DNA of 64,000 nt from Oculina patagonica (GCF_052425735.1 NC_135770.1:24924001-24988000); one strand, 5' to 3'; shown: positions 50,201-62,370, counted from the stretch's first letter. Numbers and translations are program-made. Notes: a model not told the origin generated them from the letters alone.

Positions 50201-53200
50201 CTACTAGCCATTTGTCTAGTGAAAAAATCGGAAAAGTGACAAAAGTCAACTGTTCTTGATAGAAATCAATATACCTGACTAGTGAAAAATTACTTTTGGC
50301 TAGTAAAATCTGACATGTCACTAGCCAGTAAACCAGTGAGTTAAAAAGTTAGTCTCAAGCCCTGAATGCACATGTAAAAATAAAAGTTTAAGTGATGGAT
50401 TTTGCAGATTTAGTTTTGGTATGTTAATAGCAGATAATTCCTACAAAAGAATTTTTACAATAGGAAATCACAACATGTAAAAGCATTTTAGAATTCTACA
50501 GTTCATAGCTATATCAGAAAACCTGTACATGGCAGTTTTAGCTACATGTCCAAAGCAAAAGCTTCACCTATTATTGAAGCAATGACTTTGAAAGTGACCA
50601 TCTAGTCAGGCCTTCTGATAGGGTGCGGCAAAAAAGCAGAAATTATTCGGCATTTTTAGGGCAGATTATGCGGCAAGAAGGTACTATTATGCGGCAAATT
50701 ATGCGACTTTATCTAAGCGATTTTAAGCTTGTTTTACAAGGTTTCAGGAGATGAAAATCCATTTTGTGCATTTCAAAAAATAATAAGAGCATAAATGAAC
50801 GATAAATATCGGTATTAGAATCAAAAAGATTTCAAATGGCTTTCCATGTACACTACATGATGTAGTAGAACGTTGAAGACTTTTGGTGACATAATATATG
50901 AAGTGTGACATGATACCACTGACTGAATTAATGAAGGCGCATGTGTCAACGTGCGGTGTCGAACGATCGAACACTGTGCGATGTTTTTGACTTCATGGAA
51001 GGATTTAAACATTCTGAATTCGGCCATTTTACCTTGTAAACTTCAGTACAATACAAGAAAGCAAAGATAGAAAGCAAATTTAATTGTGTGAATGTTTTTA
51101 TGGCTAAATTGAAACTGAAAAAGGAAGTCGCCTGCCGGAAGTAATGTTGTCTGTTTGGAAACCACATCAGAGGTTTTCCAAGGTTTTTTGACAGGTAAAC
51201 CACCGTGAAACAACGTTGAAATTGTCTTAGAACTTTGTTAAAGCGAGTATTTCCTTTATCTTTTCTCAAATTGTGCAATTTTGTACGAATTATGCGATTT
51301 TGATGAATTATGCGAAAAGTTGCAATTTGAGGTCAATTATGCAAAATCGCAACATCGCATAATATCAGAAGCCCTGTCTAGTGCTCAGCTATGGCAATTA
51401 TTCTGACATAATTTTCTTTTCTATTGTGTAGATTCTGTTGAGTGTTTTACTCAGGGCAGAATAAGTGAAGAGGTTGCTTCTGAAAAAGAAATCGAATATG
51501 CTGGCCCTGTCTCTGTTGCAAGTACAGAAATGAGTACAGGTAGGATAAAGAGTAAAATCAATGTTAAATGACTTGGAATTTATTTTGGCTAATAATTTAC
51601 TGTTATTACATTTAAGGACGGTGCCTACTAATAACAAAGTATTTTCGCCTGGCCGATGACTATAAAAGAAATGTAGATGTTACCAAGGGATACTAAAATT
51701 CAAAAAGAAAATTGGGGGTAGCCACGCAAATTTTCGAATAATTAGGTTTGAAATCTGGAAAAAAGTGCCGACGTGGCATTTTAAAATAAAGTAAAACTAA
51801 ATACAATTTCCTTGCAAATTCCATTGGAAATTGGTTTTTCATGAACAAAATCAATATGAAATATAACAATATTTACAATAACTAACAAATAATGTCTTCG
51901 GAACTGCATGATCCACGTTTTTATTAACAAAATAATTGCGTTTGAGCCATTTTTTACTCTTGCAGCTCTCACTTGCACGGCCAGAAAATCGGCCTAATTT
52001 TTTTTCACTTAATGAAAAATTAGACATGTGCCTTATAGACTTACCACTTACATTTTATAAAATAAAAAGTAGGGGTCACCACATGTTTTTAAAAGTTATA
52101 CCAGTTGTTTTCAGGTTCTATGAAATCGCTTTTGGGGTCTGTTACATTTTTCCTATCCCCTCCCTAGCGAGTTGAATATTTGCATCTTGCGCGTGCACTA
52201 CGTCATTTGTCACGGTTAGCAGTTTGCAGGTAGCGTTTTAGCGCTTAGCGATTTGTTTTTAACTGTTAATGTGAGCCATTTTCAGTGATTAGCGGTCAAT
52301 GTTTAGGATATGCCCATAAACTGGATTTCGTCGCAGAGAAAACTTTCTTGATTTTAAGTCGCGCGCTTGTTCGCGTAGTTGAATTCGTTATTTTGAGTGA
52401 GCAAATTAATTAAAAGCGCGCACGCTTAGTGTGATCGATGCATTGCGTGATGCGCAGAACAAGTGCGCAGTAGCTATAGGAGGCACCGTCCTTAAGCACA
52501 CATTAATTATAAGAGTTTAAATTGCAAGGAACAAAAAATATGAGATATGCATAATTTGACAAGAATTTTCTTATCTACTGTAGCTTGTAACCCACAATAA
52601 ATTCATATTATTATTTTGTCTTTTTTACGTCTTCTTTCATTTCTACCCTTGGTTTACACAAAATAGTCGGTAGATCTCCAAGAGATCTTTGATTTTATCC
52701 TGTTGAATTGTAACCAGCTTAATGTAATAATTTGCACTATTAAAATATGTCTTATCACTAACTTCTTTTGTATACATGTTCTTATGAGGTATTTACTATT
52801 GCATCCATATTATAGGAGAACACTTGGAAAGTGACAATTCCGAGTTGAGAAATCATTTACTTTCGGCACAAAACAGCGCATTGAAAACACAGCAACCTGA
52901 TCCAGAAATAAGCAGCAGCAGCCATGTAGAAGATAGTTATCTAATTAATCGAGCAAGGGCAGTAGGTGTGGCCTATGAATTTGCAAAGGCTGGTTCGGTT
53001 GAAACAGAGGACGATAGAAGAAAAAGACAGCGGCGAAATCAAAGGAGAGTATCAGATGAGGAGAGAAGGTTGCGGGAAGTTGTTGGCGATCTACCACCAC
53101 CACCCCCTGCAGGGTCGAGTCAGTTGGAGGATAATGCTTATGTGGCTATACGTGCATTTGAAGTAGAGCAGATGACATATAAGTTCAGGTGTTGCGATAT

Positions 53201-56200
53201 TTGCCAGGAGTGACGGTTGGAAGGCAAAGGAACCGGGAATATGTGCTCTCGCTGCAGAAATGACAAGAAGGACCCGGATTGCAAAGTTTGGTCAGATAAA
53301 AACGAAATGGACCCAATGTCTGTTCCAGAGGAACTGTCTGATATGACAGATGCCGAGCAGATGCTGATTTCAAGACTAGCTCCAACTGTGCATGTACACA
53401 TGTTAAAACATGGTGGTATTGCTTCAAGAGGACACTGCATTGCATTCCCTCAAGCAGTGCAAGAACCAGCAACTATTCTGCCACGTCTACCAGAAGAAGT
53501 GGATATCGTACGTGTCAGAAGGCAAGGAAAAGATGATACGCATAAGGAGTTTAGGGTTAGAAGACGACGTGTCGAGGGTGCACTCCGCTGGCTGAAGGTC
53601 AATAATCCTGCCTATGGCGATATCGAGATTAGTGACACTCGTCTGCAAAATTTACCGGCTGATGGTGAATTGCCGAACTTGAGAACAGTTGAGTTTTCAG
53701 AAACAGCAGATCACATGGATGACCAAGGCCCGGCTCCAGAACAGCTGGATGCAGGTGAAACAGATAGTGGTGATGATACGACAGTCTCTGGAGTTATTCT
53801 CCCTGAGCCTGGAGTGAATGTTCAAGCATGTGTTGAAGCAGCCATAAATGAAGTTGTGTCTGAACCTCCTGAAGCTGAAGTAGTGGAGAGGCAACAAGGC
53901 ACTGAACGACCAGTGATTTCTTGGCCTTCAGTTAGTACAACTCCAGCATCGGAGTTTACCACTCCTTACTTTTTCACAATGGCCTTTCCTTGCTTATTCC
54001 CATATGGAAAGGGTGATTTTCACATCAATCGTCAAATAACATGTCCTTCACTCCATGACTGGGCAGAGCACTTGCTGTGGTATAAAGATGGAAGGTTTGC
54101 CCGACACAAGGTATGGAAGTTTGTTGTTCACAACATGATTATGAGGAAGCGTGCCCTTGAACAGAGCAGGTACATTGTTGATCAGCAGCTAGGAGACCCG
54201 CAATTAACAGTTGCAGACCTGCAAGAGCGACTAGCAAGTGGTGATACCACATTCATTAACAAACTGCTGTATTTTGGGGCAAATCTGCGTGGTACAGCAC
54301 AGTATTGGCATCAAAGACGGAGAGAGCTTCGAGCCTTGGTTGAGTTCATGGTTAATGAGAAGAAAGGATTGCCTTCATTTTTTATGACTGGTAGTTGTGC
54401 TGAGTTTTACTTTCCCCCACTTAGAAGACTATTGGAGCAGTACATTTTGCAGACCACAGGAAAAGAAGTTAACCTTGGTGAGGATAGCAGTGCCCGCTAC
54501 AAGGCTGTGCAAGAGAACACCCATGTGGTGGTGAATTACTTTGACCTGCGTACCCTGTCGTACCATAATAAGGTCCTCAAGCCTGTATTTGGTGTCCATG
54601 ACTATTGGTATCGTTATGAATTTGCCAAGTCCCGAGGTCAAATCCACTGGCACCAACTCAGCTGGAGAGAGGACAGACAGCCACACCAGCTGTTGCACGA
54701 TGCTCGTGAAGGCGATTGTGATGAGGACGAGTGTGCTGCCATACTTAACCAATGGGCTGACGAAAACCTGGCCATGACAGCATTACACCCAGGTGGTAGT
54801 GATGAGGAAGGAAAGCCGCGGAGGGATCTCTGGCCTCCGCCTGAAGGTTCAGCTGACCCAATTTCAGATGAGAGAGATCCCCTGGTAAAGATGCTAATGG
54901 ATATAGGTTCAGCCCAAGATGCGATCCTTGAGGATCATTTGCTTTTGGTAAACCGAGTTGGGTTGCACAGTTGTTCCGATTACTGTTTGAGAACACCCCG
55001 TCATCCTGGGCAAGGACTGCAGGCAAATGAACGTGTTTGCCGCATGGAATTTGGAAGTGAGTTTCACCCAGGAAAGAAACTCCGCAACGCACCAGAAATT
55101 GTTAACGATCACAATGGAGCACCTCGCCTTGAGATGCCACGTGACCATCAACGTGTAGTTCAGCATTCCCGTTATCAATTGCAGTCATGGAGAGCAAATG
55201 GTGACATAAGCTTGATTCTGTCGAATTCTTCCCCAGATAATCCCAGCACAGATGATATCATAGCTATAATTGACTATGTTTGTGGTTATGCCTGCAAGGA
55301 CAGTGAACCTACCGGTGCAACTGCTGATCTATTTGAAGACATGGTAAATGCTGTGGATTCAAGTGATGCAGGCCAGGTGTCTGGAAAATCAATTTGTGCC
55401 AAGATGCTTATAAAGACCGTCGGAAGAAGAGATATTAGTGGACCCGAGGCATCATTTGAGCTCAGTGGACTAGCACTTTGGCGGTGCAGCCGTAGGTTTT
55501 CCTATTTGTCAATGACAGGGTCAAGGCGTCTTGAACGTGATGGTGAGACTGCCACGCGCAGTACCCCTTTGGACAAGTACCTTGCACGATCTAATGAAGA
55601 GCATTGCTCCTGGTACCAGTTTGCATCCCGAGATGGCAACGTTCCGGTGGTCAGTGGGGGCTCTACACATGCTTCATGGCCATTGAATGAGGACTACTGT
55701 AGAACGATGCTTCTGTTGCACTGGCCAAACTGGTTTGAAATCCAAGAAGTAAAGGGAGATGCTGAATCTTGGGTTGATCGGTTTAAGGACTTTGTTGTTA
55801 CTGATGAGTGCCCACTGTTTGTGAAGGCCCAAGTCTCTAAGGCACAGCGTTATGCTGAGCATCCGCAAGAGCCGGTATTTGAAGATGAGGTGGATGATAA
55901 TGCTGATGAAGCAGCAGAACAACCAGACTGGGTTGATGTGTATGCTGGCCAAAACCAGAGATATGAGGGAGTTGAGAAGGACTTTGATTATGATGATGGT
56001 GGAGAGCAGTACGACTGGAGCAGTATTGCCATTAATCTTCCTGAGGGCAAAGACCCTAGAAAGTGGCTGGAAGAGACCATCAAAGAAGACGAGGAACAGG
56101 AAACAGAAGTTGTGGACCTTGAATTACCAGATGTATCTCCTCTATCCTTAAATGACAATCAGAGAGCTATAGTCAGTCTGATTTTGCATACTCTCTACAA

Positions 56201-57743
56201 CCTGATTGAGAACCCGCAAGAACACCATCCCTTGCGACTTGTCGTCGCCGGTACTGCAGGTACAGGGAAGTCATATGTCATCAAGTGCCTGCAGAAGCTA
56301 GTAAGGCAAGTGTTTGGAAGCAACGATGCCATACAGGTCATTACTCCTACTGGAAATTCTGCCTATCTTGTTCAAGGCACGACTGCACATAGCTTTTTGA
56401 GAATCCCAACAGGGGCAAGGTCTTCTAATGAGCTGACTGTGCCTTCAGGTTCCGTGCTGCAGCAAATCCAGGATAGGTGCAAAAATCTTAAAGTTCTGGT
56501 CGGCGATGAGCGATCGATGTTTGGTCGCACCACAATGGGCTGGATGGAACAGCATACACGCTATGCAATCAATAGAGGGGCCAATTCAGAGGAGCTGTGG
56601 GGAGGCATCCCTGTAGTAGTGCTGATGGGAGACGATGTGCAGCTACCTCCTGTGTGTGACACTCCCGTCTACATTGAACATAATCGCAGTGCACCATCTA
56701 ACCATGGTCGACTGGTGTGGACAAGTTTTGACAGCGCTGTAGAGCTAACTCAGATTGTCCGTCAAACTGAATCTGAACAGCAGCTAAGAGATGTGTTGAT
56801 GTCCATGCGAACCTACTCTACGACACACGAGCAAGTCCGTTGGCTGCAGCAGTTTCAGTGGCACAATCTGCGTATGAGCCATGGTCCTGAACTTCTACAT
56901 AGGATGGATGAGCAAGGGCTGTATGTTTTTCCAACGCATCGTTTGGAATGGGAACGCAATAAAGCCAAGCTGCTTCAGTTGAACAGAGAGCCAAACCATC
57001 CAGTTGCAAAGATCAAGTCAGTTGACAATGGCAGGCATGCTCAGAAGGCTGACAGCAATAAGGCAGGAGGTTTGCTACCTCTGCTCTATCTTTGCCGTGA
57101 CAGTAAGGTCATGCTTACGGTAAACCTGAAGGCTGCATGGGGTTTGTACAATGGAGCTGTTGGCACAGTAGTAGACATTGTCTACAAAGATGGTTGCAGG
57201 CCTACTGATGATCCTCCACCATTACCCGATGTTGTGTTTGTACGTTTTGCAGGTTATAAGGGTCCGGCTTACATTGACGAAGATCCCACACTTGTGCCAA
57301 TTGTACCTGTAAACCGCTCTACGGATTGTGCATGTAGGTGCAAGCGTTCTCAGGTTCCATTAAGGCTGTCATGGGGAACTACTATCCACAAGTGCCAGGG
57401 TTTGACTGTAGGCAGTGGGGAGGCCTTCAGGTATGTTGTCATTCACCCTGGAAAGCATGACTTTGAAGCTAAGAATCCAGGAGCTCTCTTTGTGGCACTG
57501 TCAAGAGCGAAATCTGCAGGTGGAGAAGGCGTGGATCCTGATTTTGCCTTTCACGAAGATGTCCTGCTGAATGATGACAGGTTGAAGCCTGTTAACACTC
57601 CCACTACCCGTGCTAGAGCAGTGGAAATGGCAAGACTGCATGCCTTAGCCAGTGAATGCCAGCAGCGAGAGGGCTTAGCACCAGCATATGAAGAGGATAC
57701 CTTTCTCAGGCTGGTGGAGTGGGCACAGTCTCAAAGTCATTGA
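44269..57743 (+). CDS. spliced Helitron-like (Helentron/Helitron2-type) OTU-Rep-PIF1 helicase gene, ~2000 aa, two lesions
   Basis: Exons 44269-44679, 45232-45336, 45834-45920, 47286-47509, 49053-49353, 52816-57743; GT-AG, phases 1, 1, 1, 0, 1 all compatible. Lesions: frameshift in an A10 run at ~44597-44606 and TGA at 53211-53213. Confidence 0.8.
44620..46195 (+). repeat. local repeats of the exon-1 end and adjacent intron
   Basis: gaggcaaagaga.cggcagcaaaacaacaacatgttaaccgaagg at ~44636 and ~44920; tatcagctaaaaa...gcgatgctttagctt block at ~44705, ~44990 and ~46027. Confidence 0.75.
47286..49353 (+). CDS. OTU-family cysteine protease domain (exons 4 and 5)
   Basis: DNQGLGNCMFFALAEQL...ELR...WSDYLESMAKDGTWGDHLMLQAAA...IRVVSS...LGYIFELHYVSL; catalytic Cys and His present. 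Confidence 0.88.
48061..48208. mobile_element. short MITE, 6-bp TSD AAAATT
   Basis: gggctcttacttcgtgtagaag / cttctacacgaagaaggagccc flanked by aaaatt on both sides. Confidence 0.7.
50125..50364. mobile_element. MITE, 6-bp TSD AATGCA
   Basis: cagggctcgagactaac / gttagtctcaagccctg. Confidence 0.8.
50607..51376. mobile_element. MITE, 6-bp TSD TCTAGT
   Basis: caggccttctgata / tatcagaagccctg with subterminal attatgcg repeats. Confidence 0.8.
51616..52491. mobile_element. MITE with TTAA TSD (Kolobok-like)
   Basis: TTAA|ggacggtgcct ... aggcaccgtcc|TTAA. Confidence 0.8.
53217..57743 (+). CDS. Rep (HUH/Y2) - PIF1 SF1 helicase ORF, 1508 aa
   Basis: DUF6570-like RVRRRRVEGALRWLKVNNPAY; FPCLFPYG; FFMTGS; YRYEFAKSRGQIHWH; DYVCGYACK; GTAGTGKS; DERSM; GDDVQLPPV; IVRQ; LYNG; QVPLRLSWGTTIHKCQGLT; FVALSRAK. 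Confidence 0.95.
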   Translation: MEGKGTGNMCSRCRNDKKDPDCKVWSDKNEMDPMSVPEELSDMTDAEQMLISRLAPTVHVHMLKHGGIASRGHCIAFPQAVQEPATILPRLPEEVDIVRVRRQGKDDTHKEFRVRRRRVEGALRWLKVNNPAYGDIEISDTRLQNLPADGELPNLRTVEFSETADHMDDQGPAPEQLDAGETDSGDDTTVSGVILPEPGVNVQACVEAAINEVVSEPPEAEVVERQQGTERPVISWPSVSTTPASEFTTPYFFTMAFPCLFPYGKGDFHINRQITCPSLHDWAEHLLWYKDGRFARHKVWKFVVHNMIMRKRALEQSRYIVDQQLGDPQLTVADLQERLASGDTTFINKLLYFGANLRGTAQYWHQRRRELRALVEFMVNEKKGLPSFFMTGSCAEFYFPPLRRLLEQYILQTTGKEVNLGEDSSARYKAVQENTHVVVNYFDLRTLSYHNKVLKPVFGVHDYWYRYEFAKSRGQIHWHQLSWREDRQPHQLLHDAREGDCDEDECAAILNQWADENLAMTALHPGGSDEEGKPRRDLWPPPEGSADPISDERDPLVKMLMDIGSAQDAILEDHLLLVNRVGLHSCSDYCLRTPRHPGQGLQANERVCRMEFGSEFHPGKKLRNAPEIVNDHNGAPRLEMPRDHQRVVQHSRYQLQSWRANGDISLILSNSSPDNPSTDDIIAIIDYVCGYACKDSEPTGATADLFEDMVNAVDSSDAGQVSGKSICAKMLIKTVGRRDISGPEASFELSGLALWRCSRRFSYLSMTGSRRLERDGETATRSTPLDKYLARSNEEHCSWYQFASRDGNVPVVSGGSTHASWPLNEDYCRTMLLLHWPNWFEIQEVKGDAESWVDRFKDFVVTDECPLFVKAQVSKAQRYAEHPQEPVFEDEVDDNADEAAEQPDWVDVYAGQNQRYEGVEKDFDYDDGGEQYDWSSIAINLPEGKDPRKWLEETIKEDEEQETEVVDLELPDVSPLSLNDNQRAIVSLILHTLYNLIENPQEHHPLRLVVAGTAGTGKSYVIKCLQKLVRQVFGSNDAIQVITPTGNSAYLVQGTTAHSFLRIPTGARSSNELTVPSGSVLQQIQDRCKNLKVLVGDERSMFGRTTMGWMEQHTRYAINRGANSEELWGGIPVVVLMGDDVQLPPVCDTPVYIEHNRSAPSNHGRLVWTSFDSAVELTQIVRQTESEQQLRDVLMSMRTYSTTHEQVRWLQQFQWHNLRMSHGPELLHRMDEQGLYVFPTHRLEWERNKAKLLQLNREPNHPVAKIKSVDNGRHAQKADSNKAGGLLPLLYLCRDSKVMLTVNLKAAWGLYNGAVGTVVDIVYKDGCRPTDDPPPLPDVVFVRFAGYKGPAYIDEDPTLVPIVPVNRSTDCACRCKRSQVPLRLSWGTTIHKCQGLTVGSGEAFRYVVIHPGKHDFEAKNPGALFVALSRAKSAGGEGVDPDFAFHEDVLLNDDRLKPVNTPTTRARAVEMARLHALASECQQREGLAPAYEEDTFLRLVEWAQSQSH

Positions 57744-57967
57744 GGTATTTCTGATCTACATCACTGCATGTTGAGCAGAGACTCTAAAGGTATGGTGATG
57801 TTATTCATCTGTGTGCTTATTATATACTATTCCACAGTGAGCTACAGTTGTAGTGTACAGCTGTAGTTGTGGTCCTGTGAATGTCATGTGGTAAGGTGAT
57901 CTAAGGCTCATGGCCATAGCAACATATGAGAGTTGGCTATAAATTTGGAGTCCTTGATTTTTGAGTA

Positions 57968-58364
57968 CAGTAAAAACTTGCAAGTAAAACAAAACATTAG
58001 GTTAAAATTTGGAAATGGGTTCTTATTTTCTAAAATAGCCTGAGATTAAAACTGTTTACTTTCAAGAAAATAAGGTTACTGCAGTTAACATTTTACATGT
58101 ACATCCTCTTTGGAAACACTCAGGAGTCTCATGACTCCAGTTGCAATGAAAGTGCCAATGTTGAATTTCTTAAACTGACTCAATCACATAGTTATGAAAA
58201 TAAGGCAACAACAGTTCACATTATTTTTTCTTCACAAATTCAGAAAATGAAGAACCTGTCATGAACTGCAAAAGTCACAATTTCTGCTATTTACTTCCAA
58301 TTTCGTAAGAACATGTTTCGGCTAACTTGGGAAAATGCAGGTTTTTACTCACATGTTTTTACTG
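57968..58364. mobile_element. TA-flanked MITE (Tc1/mariner-like); related copy starts ~46393
   Basis: TA|cagtaaaaac ... gtttttactg|TA. Confidence 0.65.
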
Positions 58365-61300
58365 TATGTCAAATGTACTTGATATGTGGCGAAAGCTATG
58401 TCATGTGGACACATGCATTGAGCAGGGAGGCTGCTTTGAAGGTGTGAGCTCTGTTGTACGAGGGTTATGAGGGCCAAATCCAAGTGTAACAATTATTTTT
58501 TTAAATGAAATATTAAGCAGCTGAAATTATGGCAGCTACCAGTCAATTATAAACTGAAATTATAACTGTGCCACACAGCATTTTAGGCCATAATTTTCAT
58601 ATCTTATAAGAAAAATAGTCTTGTGTAACATGTTTGTTGTTTCAACTTTTTTTGCAATGAAACTACAAATGTCTTGTTAATGTTTTTTTTTTTAATTAAT
58701 TAAGAGCAATGTACATGTAAAAGGCATAGAAAATTGGCTGACAACAGTAATTAAACATTCATTGTCATAAATCAATGTTAAAAATGAAATGAAAATAATG
58801 TGGATAACATCAAATTTAAATTTTGTCATTTATCTATCTTTCTGAATGGAAATTGTTAATGAAAATCATCACTGACAGCTGCAAAAACTAAAATAAATTT
58901 GGTGTTTAAAAGCATACACATTCTTATTTACTCATGGGCAAAAAACAACTCAATTCACATAGCCTTCAACACCCTCGTACACTGACGAGCAGATAAGTGT
59001 GAGATGTATATGCTAGTCAGCTACCTTTGGAAATGGCGCAGCATATGGCAGCTACCTTAGTCATTTGTAAACAGATGTGGGTGCTGATATGCAGCCCTTG
59101 TGATTCAACCAGAGCAGATGGCAGCTAGCAAAGAGATGGCTCTGAAATGCTGGGTAATCCATCACCGTGACCATGAAATTCACAAAATACGTAAAGAAAT
59201 CATTATTTTCTTTTCTAATCGCATGGTCGCAATACTATTTCTACAAGAACCAAAAATCTAATTTAAACACATTTTTAATGTTTACAGTACTTTGCATACT
59301 TTGTTTACTGTCCAAGTGTTTGTTGATTGTTTATGTCATGCATGTGGGAACTTAAACGTTAAAATGAAAATGGGGGTAGATGGGTGCCCACTAGTAGCAA
59401 CAGCACCTTGTTAATACCCAATAAATTCTTATAATATCACTATTTTTTTTTTAATAACAATTGCTCGCAAAATTCATGTTTCCGACAATCGTTTTTTTAT
59501 TAAACACTGACAATATATAAATTCTAAAGATAGAAAGCTACTACTTAATTAAAAACAACTCATAAAAAATCATGTATTGGAATTATGCGCGGTAGGGATG
59601 TACAATGCAATACTGGGGAATGACTGTAAAGAGTTATTACTACAGGGAGTGTTATGTATTTTGTGAATTTTTTTGGAGTGATGTTGAGAGAATTTACCAG
59701 ACAGCATGAGCCATTGGTACTGTTTGCCAGTTCTGTCATTTTAATTTGACATTGAGCGATGGCGATAGATACACTTGCAACTGAGGCCAGCTCTGTATTA
59801 CACCGAGCAAATGGCTTCACCCGTGGCCGATGCCAGTTCCCCTGTGTGAGATTACAGGGTGGTGTAAATGGGGTTTACTGTAATCAAAGCCAGATATCTG
59901 ATTAAATGTATGACAAGCTATAATTCACTAAAAGGCTTTGAAGGGAACTTGACTTTTTATTCTTTACTTTTTTTACGGTCACAATTTTAAAGGGCTTCAA
60001 GGATAAACAATATTTTTTATCTAGTTAAAAAATTCAGTATAATTGAAAATTTCACTGTGCCGAACTTAGCTAGTTCAAGTCAGTAAATTTACAGTCTGTT
60101 CCCTGTGATCCTTGCGTATGCTTTACTGACAAATTATAGACATACCCCATTTACACCTGTAATGGAGCGATGGCAGCCACCAGTACATTGCTATGCAGAT
60201 GCCCGCTCTGGTTTGAGCAAGTGTTGAACAAGAATGATGATTCTGAAATGTTGGATATCCATAAAATTCAGAAAAAAGGTGATAATAATATGTTATGCAC
60301 TAGTGGTAGAGTTTGCTTCACTTTTGTTTTATTATATTAATATTGCAAAATGACAACCTTTTATAAATAAATTTGTTATTCAACAAATGCACGTGCTGGT
60401 AATAAAGATGGTCAACATTTTACTATATTTTACAATACATCTTTTAAAATTTGTCCAAAGTAGCACAAAGCGCTGCCTTAAAAAAGTTTTCTTTGCTGCA
60501 AAATGTCTCCCATTAACCAATATTATTGTTGAATAAGGACACAATAATTCTGCTCCATCATCAGAAATATCATGTCATTTTTAATTAGTCAAATTGGCCT
60601 TCAGCTTTGTCAGCAAATTATTACTGTAAATATTACAGCTATAAAATAATTAATTTTAGTATAAAGGAACATTTTTATTTTGTCAAAGTTTACCAAACTA
60701 CACACTCACTTTTTGTCATTTGATAAGGCCTCTGGCCTAGATGAATGTTTGATGCCTGTGGTAGTTTTCTGAATTTTATGGATGACACACATTCAGTAGT
60801 GGCTGAGAAGGGGCCCCAGGCCCCCACATTATTTTAAGGCCAAACCGAGGCCTGAAGGGCTGAGAAAAAAAATTGTTTTCAAGAGCGGGCCCTCATTTAC
60901 CTTTAAGTCTGGATCTGCAACTGAGACAAGAGAGTAAGTGCCAGCCACAGGGAGCCAACTAGCTCATTTGAATGAGTCATATTGAGGAAAAAATGAAACA
61001 ACCTACCTTACTTAAAGAGTAATTGAGTAAAATATGTAAGAAACAGTACTAGTGGCCCTCTTATAAATAATTTTGAAAAATGAACAAGCTTAAACAATCA
61101 TTGTAAGTTAAAGTTTCTTAAAGTACAATGAAAACTTAAATGTTAATTTATTTTGATAAAATAAACAAAGCAATGTGGATAATGGAAGCCAAATAAGAAG
61201 ATAGTGATCAAGTGAATACTTTAACTGTCTATAAAATGTTAAAATTTACTTCAAAACTCTCATTGAAATCATTTCACTAAGTCTACTTCCCAATTAAGTT

Positions 61301-62129
61301 ACAAGTTATAGTACCCAGAATTCAAATTTTGGGTTTAATTCTACAACTATATCAACCACAAAATGGAGCATAGGAGAGATGTTTGGAGCCATAATAATTT
61401 TGAAGGTAAGATTTGTTTTATTTTAGAAAGGCTAAAAATAGATTTTGTATAATGTAAGCATAAAGGAAACAACAGTTCAAAGAGTCTAGTTAAACATTAT
61501 TGGAGAAGTGTTTGGATGTTTAATCTATTAAAAAATTAAAAAAAAAAACATTTAGAATGGCAAGGGTGTGCAAAGTGATCAGAAAAATTAACATATACAT
61601 CCACATCTAGTCAGTGTCTTAACAGAAGAGGAGAATGTGGCCAAAGTTTCGTTTTTACAATGTGAGTAGAGCCGAATTTACTGAGTTGTCTTGCAAATTG
61701 CAATGTTTCACAAATTTCCCAATTATTTTCATGAGGTCTGGCGATGGTAACTTCTGACAGACGACTAATGTTCCAAAAAGTAGCGACAGCACTTAAAATG
61801 AAGTTCTGGTACGCAATAATCCTTGCGAAATTAGAACAAGTGAAAAGGCCTCAGTAGAATGACAACACCTGACATTTAAATCAGTTTTCTGGCGGTGTTC
61901 TGACATGAGTAATGGCAACAATACATTTAATTTAAATATTTGACATTGTAATTTTCATTTTGTATTATAGAAATATTGGTTCTTGTTATCTGCAAGAGAA
62001 AAAAATTGATATGCCGGTATTATACAGTAAAAGGTTTTCAGCTGACAGGACAATGGCTGAAGAAAAGTAAAAAGTAAGTACAGACAATTCAATAACAATG
62101 TGTCTTAAAGATTGTACTGTATCATTATA

Positions 62130-62370
62130 TTATACCATAGAAAAAATACAGCATTCTGAATACTGGAAAGCTGTTGTATATTTAACGGTATTCAACTGAA
62201 CCTTCCCATCTTGTGCTGGCATCTTATTCTCAACGAAATTTTGTAAGCGTATTTTCTGTGGCATGGTATAAAAGTATACAACACTTTCTCATGGTACATG
62301 TATATTACTATGGACACTCACCTAAAGTGAAACCCAGAAAATACAAGTGACCGGTGGGATATTCCATACC
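62130..62370 (+). mobile_element. degraded copy of the 33617-33930 element
   Basis: ttataccatagaaaaaatacagc...aagcgtattttctgtggcatggtataaa...gaaaatacaagtgac..gtgggatattccat. Confidence 0.75.

Noticed and set aside
53211-53213. UGA as selenocysteine
   Set aside because: The position is not one of the CxxC ligands and no SECIS element could be identified by eye.
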